Below the pieces are notes generated by a model. It did not search any database and was not told where the DNA came from. It saw nothing but the letters and a program-made list of their open reading frames with translations. 64,000 nucleotides of DNA from Phoronis australis (taxonomy: Eukaryota > Animalia > Phoronida): assembly GCA_002633005.1 (NCBI GenBank), contig NMRA01000037.1, positions 654,703-718,702 on the forward strand, written 5' to 3'. How positions within the stretch are numbered: position 1 is the stretch's first letter; the number at the start of each line of letters is the position of its first letter. The translations under genes were made by a program, and so were the position numbers. Below are positions 1-13,000 of this stretch, in pieces.

Positions 1-298
1 TGAGCCACACTCACATAAGAAAAAAAAATGTCTAATCGATGAAATACAGCATCCCAGCACAACTTCGTAAAGAGACATCATTTTTAATTGGATGAATCCT
101 TTTTAAGGTTTCTTAATAAGGCAAGCAAGCACTCAAAATTATAGAATTGTTCTATGAACCAAATGGAATTAAATGACTCCGCCGTAAAGCTGTTCAATTT
201 TAGGTTGGATTTGATATCTGAAATAGCTCTGCGTGAGGCTGTAAAGTCCTGACACCATAATTCTTTTATACCAGCCCTCATTTCGGCACAAGACCTAC

Positions 299-1052
299 CA
301 ATGTCAGGGTTTCTCCAGGCATATGCAGTGAGAACCCGCCTCAAGGCTCCAATACCCTCGTCACTTTGAAAGGCAGGATGTTCTGGTAGTGACCTGTGCA
401 AGTCTCGTTCTATCTCATCTGTAGCGAGCGTAGACTTGCCAGAGCTTTGTTCAACTAGAGAAGCATAGTAACCTGGATGTGTGGCAAGCTGGAATGACAG
501 GGAAGCCATTCAAAGTGGAACTATTGCCGAACTGAGAACGAAATACACAAAGAAGAAGCCAAAAAACAACACATAAATCTTGGACATAGACTATCTCAAC
601 CATATGACAAAGTGTGACAACCAGTTTAGCAAGGAGATTTATAGCTTTAATAAAGCTACATTTTGCCATAACTAGCCAAAACTCGAAAATCAAATTAGGC
701 TTTTAAATTCCATAAAACCAGTCTCATAATATTCCTTAAAGAGACAGGATCTCATTTCCATTACCAAAAAATTATAATTCTGAAATAATAACAAATCATT
801 TACAAAAAACTGATGCTGCTGCATAGGATACATTACAAAAAACTTGTAATGTTGAAAACATAGATGCAGCTCAAAAATAAGAAACAGAAAAGCTATGGAA
901 AGTAGAATTTTCAAACTTGGTAGATATAAAGACAAGTCAGTACCTCGTTGACAGCGCCAGAGAAAGTTAGCCATATTTCTCCCTTCAGCTTGTCCGGTAT
1001 TCCTTTTAAAATGAGATCATTTGTTTTGTGTGTTCGGTACATGCACACGCCT
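299..1052 (-). CDS. TBC1D9: TBC1D9-like TBC-domain exons, copy A (944-1052, 299-488)
   Basis: [36 protein letters not shown] / LATHPGYY...IERDLHRS (IxxDxxR arginine finger)...[16 protein letters not shown]. Confidence 0.92.
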
Positions 1053-4000
1053 CTGCAAAGGAGAGTTGGCAGAATTTGACACAACAAAATAATTTTATTA
1101 ATCTAGTGAGGAACTGCAAAGGAGCACTTTAACCAGTCAGTGAGGCATAGTGTGATAGGGGCCTGCCTTCTTTACTCGAGATCATGGCTTTGAGTCTCCC
1201 TGAGCCACGCTGCTAGACCCTGCAGTCATCTTTCTAGCTCCTAAGCTTGGTTTAAACTATAGTATGTATTAACAAGAGCAACGCAGAGCGTTGAAATGCG
1301 CCCACAATTGCACCGCATACGGTATCCTTCTAGGGTTGTTTATTGGTACCATAAAGTGGCCAGTAGAGGGCATATATGTAGTATGTTGTACTTAGCAAAA
1401 TGGAAAGGCATGGTCATTGTCTCCTCAATAGGCTAGGGGCAAAATGTGAGTAATCTTCATAATACAAGCACATCCTATACACCAGTTGCTTAAAGCACCA
1501 CAGAAACATAGAATTAAAAACAAATTTACCAACATACGAGATTAGCACAGCATTAGAATGCCAGAAACAAATTTCTACTTGGAACTTTTCCTTCATAGTC
1601 ACGAAGTAACACAAAGTATACACCTGAAGACCTATGAAAATACNATGTCAGGGTTTCTCCAGGCATATGCAGTGAGAACCCGCCTCAAGGCTCCAATACC
1701 CTCGTCACTTTGAAAGGCAGGATGTTCCGGTAGTGACCTGTGCAAGTCTCGTTCTATCTCATCTGTTGCGAGCGTTGACTTGCCAGAGCTTTGTTCAACT
1801 AGAGAGGCATAGTAACCTGGATGTGTGGCAAGCTGGAATGACAGGGAAGCCATTCAAAGTGGAACTATTGCCGAACTGAGAACGAAATACACAAAGAAGA
1901 ATGCAAAAAACATGACATAAATCTTGGACATAGACTATCTCAACCATAGGGCAAAGTGTGAGAACCAGTTAAGCAAGGAGACTTATAGTTATTGAAGCTA
2001 CATTTTGCCATAGCTAGCCAAAACTCGAAAATCAAATTAGGCTTTTAACGCTCATAAAACCCGTCTCATAATATTCCTTAAAGAAACGGGATTTCACTTC
2101 TATTACCGACAAATTGTATAATATAATTCTGAAATAATAACAAGTCATTTACAAAAAAACTGATACTGCTGCATAGGATACATTGGAAAAAAATTGTAAT
2201 GTTGAAAACATAGATGCAGCTCAAAAATAAGAAACAGAAAAGCTATGGAAAGTAGAATTTTCAAACTTGGCAGATACATGGCAACAAAGACAAGCCAGTA
2301 CCTCGTTGATAGCGCCAGAGAAAGTTAGCCATATTTCTCCCTTCAGCTTGTCCGGTATTCCTTTTAAAATGAGATCATTTGTTTTGTGTGTTCGGTACAT
2401 GCACACGCCTCTGCAAAGGAGAGTTGGCAGATTTTGACACAACAAAATAATTATTAATCTAGTGAAGAACTGCAAAAGAGCACTTTAACCAGTCAGTGTG
2501 GCCTAGTGTGATAGGGGCCTGCCTTCTTTACTTGAGATCGTGGGTTTGAGTCTCCCTGGGCAACGCTTCTAGACCCTGCAGTCAGCATTCTAGCTCCTCA
2601 GCTTGGTTTTAACTATAGTATGTATTAATAAAGCACAAAAATGGTTCCAGTGCAATGGACCCACATGCGCGGCCATAACATGTACCAGACCGCCTGCAAT
2701 TAGCTTTTTAAAGAACTGCAAAACGCGACAGAATCCAGTCTCTGTAATTTTGTTTAGCTTTACTTGCACGCTACTGTGGAACCCACAACGTGCGTTATAT
2801 GAAAATCTAACTCTAAATCAGAGCATCGACAAGCATTTTTAGGGTTAGACGTAGATTCTATGTGAAGAAAAGTCATTTATAGCTGTGGTGAAAAAATGTC
2901 TGCCAAATGGGTTACCTACAGTACAAGCCAAATATATTCAGACCAAATGACCCAGAATTCCCTGCCATGACACTGAGTCGAAGGTGAATTCATCGCGAGA
3001 GTAGTTTTCCTCCATGACAGAGAAAGAAGAGAATTATCAGGAAAGTAAGTAAGATGGAGTTTTGCCGTCGTGATAGTTAGTAACAGTCATTTTTGCTGTT
3101 AACAGAATTTGCCGCCACAACAGGAAATGGTATTTTTGTCTGATTACTTTTGTCTTGTACTGTATTTTCAAATCACAACAAAAAGTGATAATTCATTTCA
3201 ATTATTCTGAATCAGCACATGCACACTAGAAATCTACAGACTGCATATTATGTATAACATGGCTTCCATTTATTAAACATAACTGCTTGGTCTAGATCCA
3301 CAGCAGTCAAGAACCAAAACACCACTTTGAATCTACATCTAACCCTAAAAAATATGTTTGTCAATGCTATAATTCAGAGTTAGATTACTATTCATCAATC
3401 ACGCTTTCTGGGTTCCAGAATAGCATGTGTAAAGCTAAACAAAATTTCAGAGTCTAGATTGTGAACTATAAACTAGTAGGGTCATTTAAGACAAAACACT
3501 GCATGAACATGGTCAATTACATCTGTGTAACCAGGAGTCATGAAGGAGTTCCCTATTTACTTGTTTAGCAAGACATCATTTTGACATTGGGGACCCAGTC
3601 AAATAAAATCAAAACACCAAAATTCATGACAATGATGGTCGTTAAGCCAGATTTACATAGGTCTGTAAGTTACTAAGCACTTCGCAAGCTGCCACCTGGC
3701 TATAGACCTGGTCAATCCCAATCCTTCTAACTCTCTGGGAGCAAACAGTAAGTGCAACCGCTGTCGGACAACACCGACTAATCCAAACACATAATTTTGT
3801 CAAAAAATTCAAGTGCTAAATTACCCCCAGGGGTCACTTGATTGGGTAAATATCAAAGACTAGCAAAATTTTCGAAAATGTAATGCGACAGTGCATTTCT
3901 ATTCCACTGTGGGTCCAAATAGCGTCATAATAGTGGCAACTATGTTATCATTCAACATTGGAATAGAAGTGGCAAAGATTACGACCGACTTACTTTCCAT

Positions 4001-7000
4001 ACTCTTGGAAGTGCACATCCCACAGATGATTTTTGATACTTTCTTTGACTGACATGTCATCAGACCCTCTCCTTTTATGAAACTTTGTCAAGAGAGCGGG
4101 CTGAAACTCAGTACATATGTCCCCGTCAACTGCAAAACACAAGTACATTTCAATTGAAAAACTTTCGTACTGGGTATGTATGAAGTCTGCTGTCTGTTAC
4201 CAAGACAACTGCTACTTCGAATAATTATGTATTTTTGTCTGGTATTTTTCCCATTTAGCATGATAACTTAATCTAATTGCAGATAAAGCCATCATACTGG
4301 ATAGGAAACAAAAATAAAAATACCATGAAGCAAAAGTTGAATAATCTGTCATTGTGTCTTCACAAAGATTATCAAATGCACATTTTGCAACCACTCTCCA
4401 CACTGCCCTCTGTTGGTGAGTCACTGCCACCTGAACTAGTCAGCATTACTTACCTGGCCTGCCCTGATCACTCTCTGCACTGCCCCCTGTTTGTGAGTCA
4501 CTGCTACCTAAACTAGTCAGCATTACTTACCTGGTCTGCCCTGATCACTCTCCACACTACCCCCGTGTGTGAGTCACTGCCACCTAAACTAGCCAGCATT
4601 ACTTACCTGTCCTGCCCTGATCACTCTCTGCACTGCCCCCNNNNNNNNNNNNNNNNNNNNNNNNNNNNNNNNNNNNNNNNNNNNNNNNNNNNNNNNNNNN
4701 NNNNNNNNNNNNNNNNNNNNNNNNNNNNNNNNNNNNNNNNNNNNNNNNNNNNNNNNNNNNNNNNNNNNNNNNNNNNNNNNNNNNNNNNNNNNNNNNNNNN
4801 NNNNCATAAACTCAGGTTGTAAGCTTTCTCTAATCTACAGACTCTCGTAGCATTATGCATAGTTTAAGATAGCTGCATATATCTTGTGAGTTTCAATATT
4901 TTCAGCCTGAATTCTCCAAGACAACATCATGCCAAGCTTCAACTTGCAGATAGTTCAACTTACTGTTAACATTGAGTATGATATTCTCTGCTTCCTTTCA
5001 ATTAAAAACTCTACTAAATTTGGTTTATCATTTTCATGTCTACAATTCACTCGTGCGTTAAGTTGTAAATTGGACAAGGTCATGACACCATTAAGTTTTT
5101 AAGTAAATAGGGAATCTACCTGCGAGGAGTTGATTGTTTAGACAACAGGTCTGATAGTTTCTGAATGATGAAATCTCTGTCTTTAAGCTGTGCAAAGAGG
5201 AAGTTGGACTTTCCCTTGGTGGTGATGACCATCGCGCCATTCAACACAGCTGTGGCGGATGAGCTGGCCTTCTCTACGACGGTGACATCACGTAAAGGTA
5301 TAACCAAGGAAACAAGATTAGGGACCTGGAAAAATGGAATTACCAAGACGTAAATGTCAGCAAGTGGACACGGAATGTATAACATAATGAAATGTTTTAA
5401 AACTAAGGTGTAGCATACTATATTTTTTGTTTCTCTTAATGGTATTTAAGAATTGCCCATATATGGCTTTTGCACAGTCATTTAGTCATTCTTAATCTAA
5501 TAAAATTTCACATACCAAGTCAAATAGAGTTAAATTAGACAATATTACCATTTAAACAATAATAATCAGGGGTCTACACACTGCATTAAGGGCTTAGCCA
5601 CACATTTAAATACATTAATCTGCACAATGCCAGAAATACACAATGGTAAAAGTCACTTACAGGGGCCCCCCTATTTTGAGAACCAGTTTGATGCTCAATA
5701 ATCAGTTGAGAAAAGCTGGTTCTCAAAATCTGAGGCCCCCTTGAGTGACTACTACCAACTAAACAAAAAAGCATTACCCTACTGTTGAAGCAGACATAAT
5801 TATCAGAAATGAAAATCTTGCCCCAGGCATGGCTCTTATTGTAGGGAGTCCAAAGGGTGCACTCCGCATCACCATCTAACTTTTCAGAGACCGGCAGGTG
5901 AAATGTAGACCTGGGATGCAAATAAGGTACATTCTGAAGAAGTTTCGTTTGACCAATCCTGACTATTACACAACACAAAATTTTCAAACACAGTAGCTGA
6001 TGGTGAGCCACGAATTAACCTCAGGCCATAGTTCACAGGTTCACCCCCATGCTTCATGTCACAATGTGACATACTGGGTCTAACCAAGGGTATCGCAAAA
6101 GTTCAGGTGCCGTCAAAATAACAAATAATAGCAAGAAATCACAAATTTACAAGTCAACAAAGAACGTACTCCTGAACAACTTAATGCATCAATTACAAAA
6201 CGCTAAAATTCTAAAAAACCAAAGCACACAATAGACAGGGCTTGGAATGATCAATGTCAAAGAAAGCGGAAATTTTTACGGCCCAAAACATGCGCGCAGC
6301 CAGCCTTGAAATAGTTGATGTGGACATTTGGCTGACAAAAATTGGGAGGACTAAAAAAAAACGGTACCACCTCCAGAAGCGTACATCTGCGTCTTTTTAG
6401 CTCGTCTGCCACTCCCACTTCTACACATTTTTGGCAGTAGTCGTAGTATTTGTCACCGTGGTTTACCATCACACGAGACGCCATTGAAGAAATCCACCAC
6501 GCTATCCCAGATGCCCTGGCAATGTTGATAATTTACGTTCCTCCGAAACATAAAGAGCAACTTCCGCTTTTCAAGGTGAAAGTCGTCGGCAACGCCGCGG
6601 TAAGAAATTTGTCGCGGAAATTTTATATCAAATCCGATTTTTTTTTACGCGGAAATATAGTAAAATACACGTACAGAACATTTGAGAAAAGCGGAAATCC
6701 GCGTTTCCGCGGAAAATTCCAAGCCTTGCATAGAACACACTAATACACATTGATCAAACAAGGCGAGCGTGATTCTTTTCACCTGTAAGCTTCACTTCTT
6801 GCCCTGGCATCCAAGTCTCTCTTTAGATAGGACATGCGCTTAGACTTTTTCCTGAAAACCAAACCAACAGGTGTAAAATGTAACATCCTTGATCAACAAA
6901 CAGGCAGACAACTGATTTCTGGACCTCACTACTAGGGAGCATGAAGTGCGAGTTACTACCTCTAACACTATCCCTGTCTGTGATCTTAAACCGTTTGTGT

Positions 7001-10000
7001 TCGAAAAGATACCTACCTTGGCTTGAGACAAGAACGAAGTCAAGTTACAGTAAATTGAACAGGAATTATTAGACCAAGTCAGAATTGACCTATCGCAAGA
7101 TACGCCCCTTTTCGAAAAGTCTACTTAACAAACAAACATTTTTAACTGTGTCAAAAATGTTGCGTTCTGATTGGTCAATTAACCTGTCACTCAAACTCCT
7201 GGCGATAGGCCAATTGACAAGCAATAAGTTTACAGCGAATGAGATGTATCCACAAACCAAGTTGCAAAAACATCCGTCAATAGACTTCAAAACCATGGCC
7301 TCATAAAGAGAAAACAATAAAAAAACAGCCAGACAGTACAATGCCATCTAGAGGTCGATTTCAACGAAAAACCATGAATATTTGAGTTACCGATGAGTTA
7401 CCTGTTGCGTGGAAGTTTCATATCACTCGTACAACAAATGTAACCTGAAGCTAGCGAGCTAACAAAAATATAACACCGTAACGTACTAGCAAAAACATTT
7501 AACCGAGTAAAAATGACTAAAAGATTTCAAGTAGAACCAAGCATTACTTATTAGCCGGTAAGTTCTTGTCCTCCTCAAAGGTTTCATCACAGAGTAGCCT
7601 GCAAAAAAAAACAAAACTTAAAACAATGACCCAATGTAAATCCTCTTCACCACAATAAATTTTCCTACTAATGAAGGTTGTTCAATTTGGCTCCACGTTA
7701 CGTGATACAACAAAAAAGTTGGCTATTACAGTCACATGACTTTAGTAACTCAATCCAACCCGCAGGACGGGTTTCCAGTTTTAGTCATGAAATAAAGCAT
7801 GCCATATATAACAAAGACTCTTGTGAATTTACGACAACAAATCGTACATCCTTTATGCAGGTTTTTCAAATGTAAGCTGAACTCGAAACCTAAGCTGAAA
7901 TTGACATGTGCGGAATCGATGTTTTATGCCATTGAGCACAGATCTCATTCAAGTGGATCCTGCTTCAATTCTGGTTAAATTTCTACAAAATCCCGACAGG
8001 TGTTGCTCCATGCACTTAGTCACAGTTGCAACCACTTACCTTAGAAGTTTACTCATGAATGACAAATTAGCAGCTAGGAACTGTAACGTCTCATTAAACA
8101 GTGACTTAATATCAACAAAAATGTTCTTTTATGACAAAAAGTCTCACTAAACTGCCAAATAATTATGGTAAGAAGTTGGTTCAAGTTTGACAGAGCCTGA
8201 CAGAGTTCTGCCTAAGTCTGAAAACTTTATTTTGACAACAAAAATGTTCATGGACTTAATACTTTCAGGAACATAGGTAGAAGTTCCTTCACAATATTAC
8301 TAACACAGCTCAATAGCATTTTTCATGGCATCTGGAATTTTTGCTTTTAACAATTATGACAAATTTCTTCCAATTAAAACACAATATGGCGGAACATTAA
8401 AATTCTGTTTTATCAAAATTTTCAACAAGAGTAAACAAAAAGCAATTTTGCTTGATTATTTGACAGCTTTATATATGTTTGTCTTCAAAATTAATGCACA
8501 ATGATATTTTGAACATTTTTGACAACACAGTGCAAGAAGCTTTTAAAAAATGAAATTGAAAACCTTGGCCATTAAAATAATATTGTAGTTTGAATTTGAG
8601 GAAACTTAACAGCAGCTAGAAAAATATTATAAATATTAAAGGGACAAGAGGATTACGTTTGTTTGGAAAAAACAAAAGTGCACGGAAGAAGCGACATAGA
8701 ATAACATGCTGTTGCAGACAAATAGCACCACCCCCACCCCCTCTGTGGTTCATTCAACATTTCGAAACCAGTATCAGGCTGTTATTGTTTAACAAAGTAA
8801 ACTTGAAAACAAAATAACAAACAACTTACTGCTTCATTGCAATATTCGCCAGTTGTTCAATCAACTGAAAGGTTTCGTAACTTCGCAGAAACATGGAAAA
8901 GAAGTGCTGAAAAGCAATCATAATTAAAAGTAATGGCCCACCTTTTTGTCGTATTATTCACATCAGACGCAAGTCAACGCTGAGCAAGATAACTTGTATG
9001 AAATTGAAGTGTCGCTGATAATCATGCTTCAATAATCAAAAGATATGAAAAAAGAATTTATCATTTGCAATGTGTCTTGAAATCGACGACAAATCAAAAA
9101 AGCTTAGAAAGATACTGTATGCCGACAACTTGGTGAGAATTAGAACAAATTCAAGAAAATGTGCCACACACAACGTCGTCCTGAAGATATCACCAATTCC
9201 TGTACCAAATGGATGCAAATCTTTTGACTGTAAAGTATATATTTAGCATGCAAAACTGCTTCGTGACATCATACTCAGACTTTAACGCAGCATTCTAATA
9301 ACGATGTTTATTTCTGATGACAAGTGCGTATGTACCACCTTCAAGCAGCTTCAGTACAGAACAGACGTAAATTTCTCTGCCATGAGTTCACAAAACATAG
9401 CGAAAACAAACAGCAGCAGGTCACATAGCCAGTGTGCAAACGCTGCATAAAAAAGAAAAAAGAAAAACCTGCTTTAACTATAGAAAGAAATGAGTCAAAG
9501 TACAACAGTCTTTTACCTGGTTGTCCCGTGTCGACACTTTGATGCTGTCAGGGAATAATAGGTTGTTGCCTCTTTCAAGTTTCTGAAAAATAAAAAACTC
9601 ACCATCAGAAAATCAGATATAAAATGAAACAACTATTCAGAAATAGAGCTTTCCTAGAACAAAATTACAAATTTTGCAAAATGCCGGAAGAGCTAAAATA
9701 AATAACTAATTAATTGGAAGTAAAGGAGAAAAAATATCGTAGAGTGATTATTATAAATATTGTGTTAACCTTACAGTTTTCAATCATCTTAATAGTCACA
9801 CATATTCATAATGGACGTCACTACCATATATGAGAGAATTAACACCCAAGCGCCTATATGTGAAGGTGTGCCTATAGGTGAAGCAGCACCTAAATGTGGA
9901 GCTGTGCCTACATGTAAAGCTGCGCCTTTCAGTGAAGCTGCGACTATGGGTGAAGTGACACCTATGGGTGACGTGGCACCTATGGGTGAAGTCTGTGGCA

Positions 10001-13000
10001 CCTATGTGTGAAGCTGAGCCTATACAAAATGATAGCTGATGACAAGTTTTCAATTTAAAATCAACAAAGAAAATTAAAAGTACTAAAAACAAGCAAAAGT
10101 CAAACAAAAAGCCCCAGCATAAGACATGCACAGATACATGAGACTGCTGCCTCAGTCTACATGTGCAGTGTAGGCGCAGGCGCTTATGGACAAAACACTA
10201 AGGCAAAAATTTTTTCTTAACAACTGCAGAGTTTCAGGCTTAGATAAACACATTTACGGTACTCTTAATTGCCACTACAATGCCTGCTAAAGGCAATTAG
10301 TTACAAGAACTTACAGTGACGTCTGTCCATCGTAGAATGAGTTTGGATTCGCGTCCCATCATAAATGAATAAAAACAAAGGTGATTGACACTCAGGTACA
10401 TCCAACCCTGGCGAGGGACACGCCCCTTCCAGTAACTGCATGAATAGTCTACAAACACGAAATTCGTAAAATAGCATTCTTCAGAACAGCAAAATAAGAA
10501 TTATTACAAAAACAAACAACAGTTGCTAANTGTTTAACAAAATAAACTTGAAAACAAAATAATTAGCAACTTACTGCTTCATTGCAATATTTGCCAGTTG
10601 TTCAATCAACTGAAAGGTTTCGTAACTTCGCAGAAACATGGAAAAGAAGTGCTGAAAAGCAATCATAATTAAAAGTAATGGCCCACCTTTTTGTCGTATT
10701 ATTCACATCAGACGCAAGTCAACGTTGAGCAAGATAACTTGTATGAAATTGAAGAGTCGCTGATAATCATGCTTCAATAATCAAAAGATATGAAAAAAGA
10801 ATTTGTCATTTGCAATGTGTCTTGAAATCGATGACAAATCAAAAAAGCTTAGAAATATATATACTGTATGCCGACAACTTGGTGAGAATTAGAACAAATT
10901 CAAGAAAATGTGCCACACACAATGTCGTCCTGAAGGTATCACCAATTCCTGCACCAAATGGATGCAAATCTTTTGAATGTAAGGTATATATTTAGCATGC
11001 AAAACTGCTTCGTGACATCATACTCAGACTTTAATGCAGCATTCTAATAACGATGTTTATTTCTGATGACAAGTGTGTATGTACCACCCTCAAGCAGCTT
11101 CAGTACAGAACAGACGCAAACTTCTCTGCTGTGAGTTCACAAAACATAGCGAAAACAAACAGCAGCAGGTCACATAGCCAGTGTGCAAACGCTGCATAAA
11201 AAAGAAAAAAGAAAAACCTGCTTCAACTATAGAAATGAGTCAAAGTACAACAGTCTTTTACCTGGTTGTCCCGTGTCGACACTTTAATGCTGTCAGGGAA
11301 TAATAGGTTGTTGCCTCTTTCAAGTTTCTTAAAAATAAAAAACTCACCATCAGAAAACCAGATATAAAATGAAACAACTATTCAGAAACAAAACAAACAG
11401 AACGAAATTACAAATTTTGCAAAATGCCGGAAGAGCTAAAATAAATAACTAATTAATTGGAAACAAAGGAGAAAACATATCGTAGAGTGATTATTATAAA
11501 TATTGTGTTAACCTTACAGTTTTCAATCATCTTAATAGTCACACATATTCATAATGGACCTCACTACCATATATGTGAGAATTAAGACCCAAGTGCCTAT
11601 ATGTGAAGGTGTGCCTATAGGTGAAGCAGCAACTAAATGTGGAGCTGTGCCTACATGTTAAGCTGCGCCTATCAGTGAAGCTGCAACTATGGGTAAAGTG
11701 ACACCTATGGGTGAAGTGACACCTATGGGTGAAGTGACACCTATGGGTGACGTGGCACCTATGGGTGAAGTCTGTGGCACCTATGTGTGAAGCTGTGCCT
11801 ATACAAAATGATAGCTGTTGACAAGTTTTCAATTTAAAATCGACAAAGAAAATTAAAAGTACTAAAAACAAACAAAAGTCGAACAAAAAGCCCCAGTATA
11901 AGACATGCAAAGACACATGGGACTGCTGCCTGAGTCTACATGTGCAGAGTAGGCGCAGGCGCTTATGGACAAAACACAAAGGCAAAAGTTTTTTTCTTAA
12001 CAATTGCAGAGTTTCAGGCTTAGATAAACCCGTTTACCGTACTCTGAATTGCCACTACAATGCCTGCTAAAGGCAATTAGTTACAAGAACTTACAGTGAC
12101 ATCTGTCCATCGTAGAATGAGTTTGGATTCGCGTCCCATCATAAATGAATAAAAACAAAGGTGATTGACACTCAGGTACATCCAACCCTGGCGAGGGACA
12201 CGCCCCTTCCAGTAACTGCATGAATAGTCTACAAACACGAAATTCGTAAAATAGCATTCTTCAGAACAGCAAAATAAGAATTATTACAAAAACAAACAAC
12301 AGTTGCTAATTGCACAGATATTCAGTAGACAACAGATTCTTTATTTAAAAGAATATCGAACCTGGTTTTGACCTACTAACAGATATTAAAAATGGTGTTC
12401 TTATTCAATTCCCTGAAACAAAATAATGCTCTATAGCCCTGTAGAGTTTGGAGGAAAATTTGAAAACTCCTTTTGAAGTCTACAGGTAAGTGTGACCTAC
12501 GCTTTTAGCAAAGTAAAAAGTAACTGTGGAGAAAGACCACCCACCAAGGATTACAACAACCAATCTGAGACATAGAGAGGATACCCTTTTAGTTGATTCC
12601 TGCTTCTATCTTTCAATATTGGTGCCAATGATACATTAGCAGGTGACTGAACTAAGATTGGCTTAAATCATCAAAACAGGGTTTAGTTTCCTTTTAATAA
12701 ATGTCGCTCTTAAGGATGGCAAACTAAGAATCATTTTTGTGAAAGCAAGCACCAGCGATAACTGCGCAAACAAAATTTAATAGCATTCTTAAGGACAGCA
12801 AAATACGAACGATTCTGATAAGCAACTGCACCATTTCAGCACTCAATTTGGCGACCTCAGATTGTGTTTTGGAAAAATTCGAAGTCACCACGGAGTTGCC
12901 ACTGCAAGTGTCAAAGTCGGACAAAAATTCTCTCTAAATTCCTTTCAAATTTCATACAACCACGCTTAAATTACAACAGGAAGTAAACAGACAGAAGTCA

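Larger units (their letters stand above)
301..2628. repeat. Tandem near-identical blocks 301-1272 and 1645-2628 (probable uncollapsed haplotypes)
   Basis: Direct comparison shows SNPs and small indels; the second copy starts at a single N. Confidence 0.85.
8786..12309. repeat. Tandem near-identical blocks 8786-10529 and 10531-12309 (probable haplotypes)
   Basis: Joined by one N; they differ in minisatellite copy number. Confidence 0.85.

Noticed and set aside
9789-10131. Repetitive ORFs (PMGEVT / HRCHFT / SPIG repeats), also at 11539-12003
   Set aside because: Frame-open by-product of an intronic 18-bp minisatellite; open on both strands, copy number differs between haplotypes, no convincing splice context.
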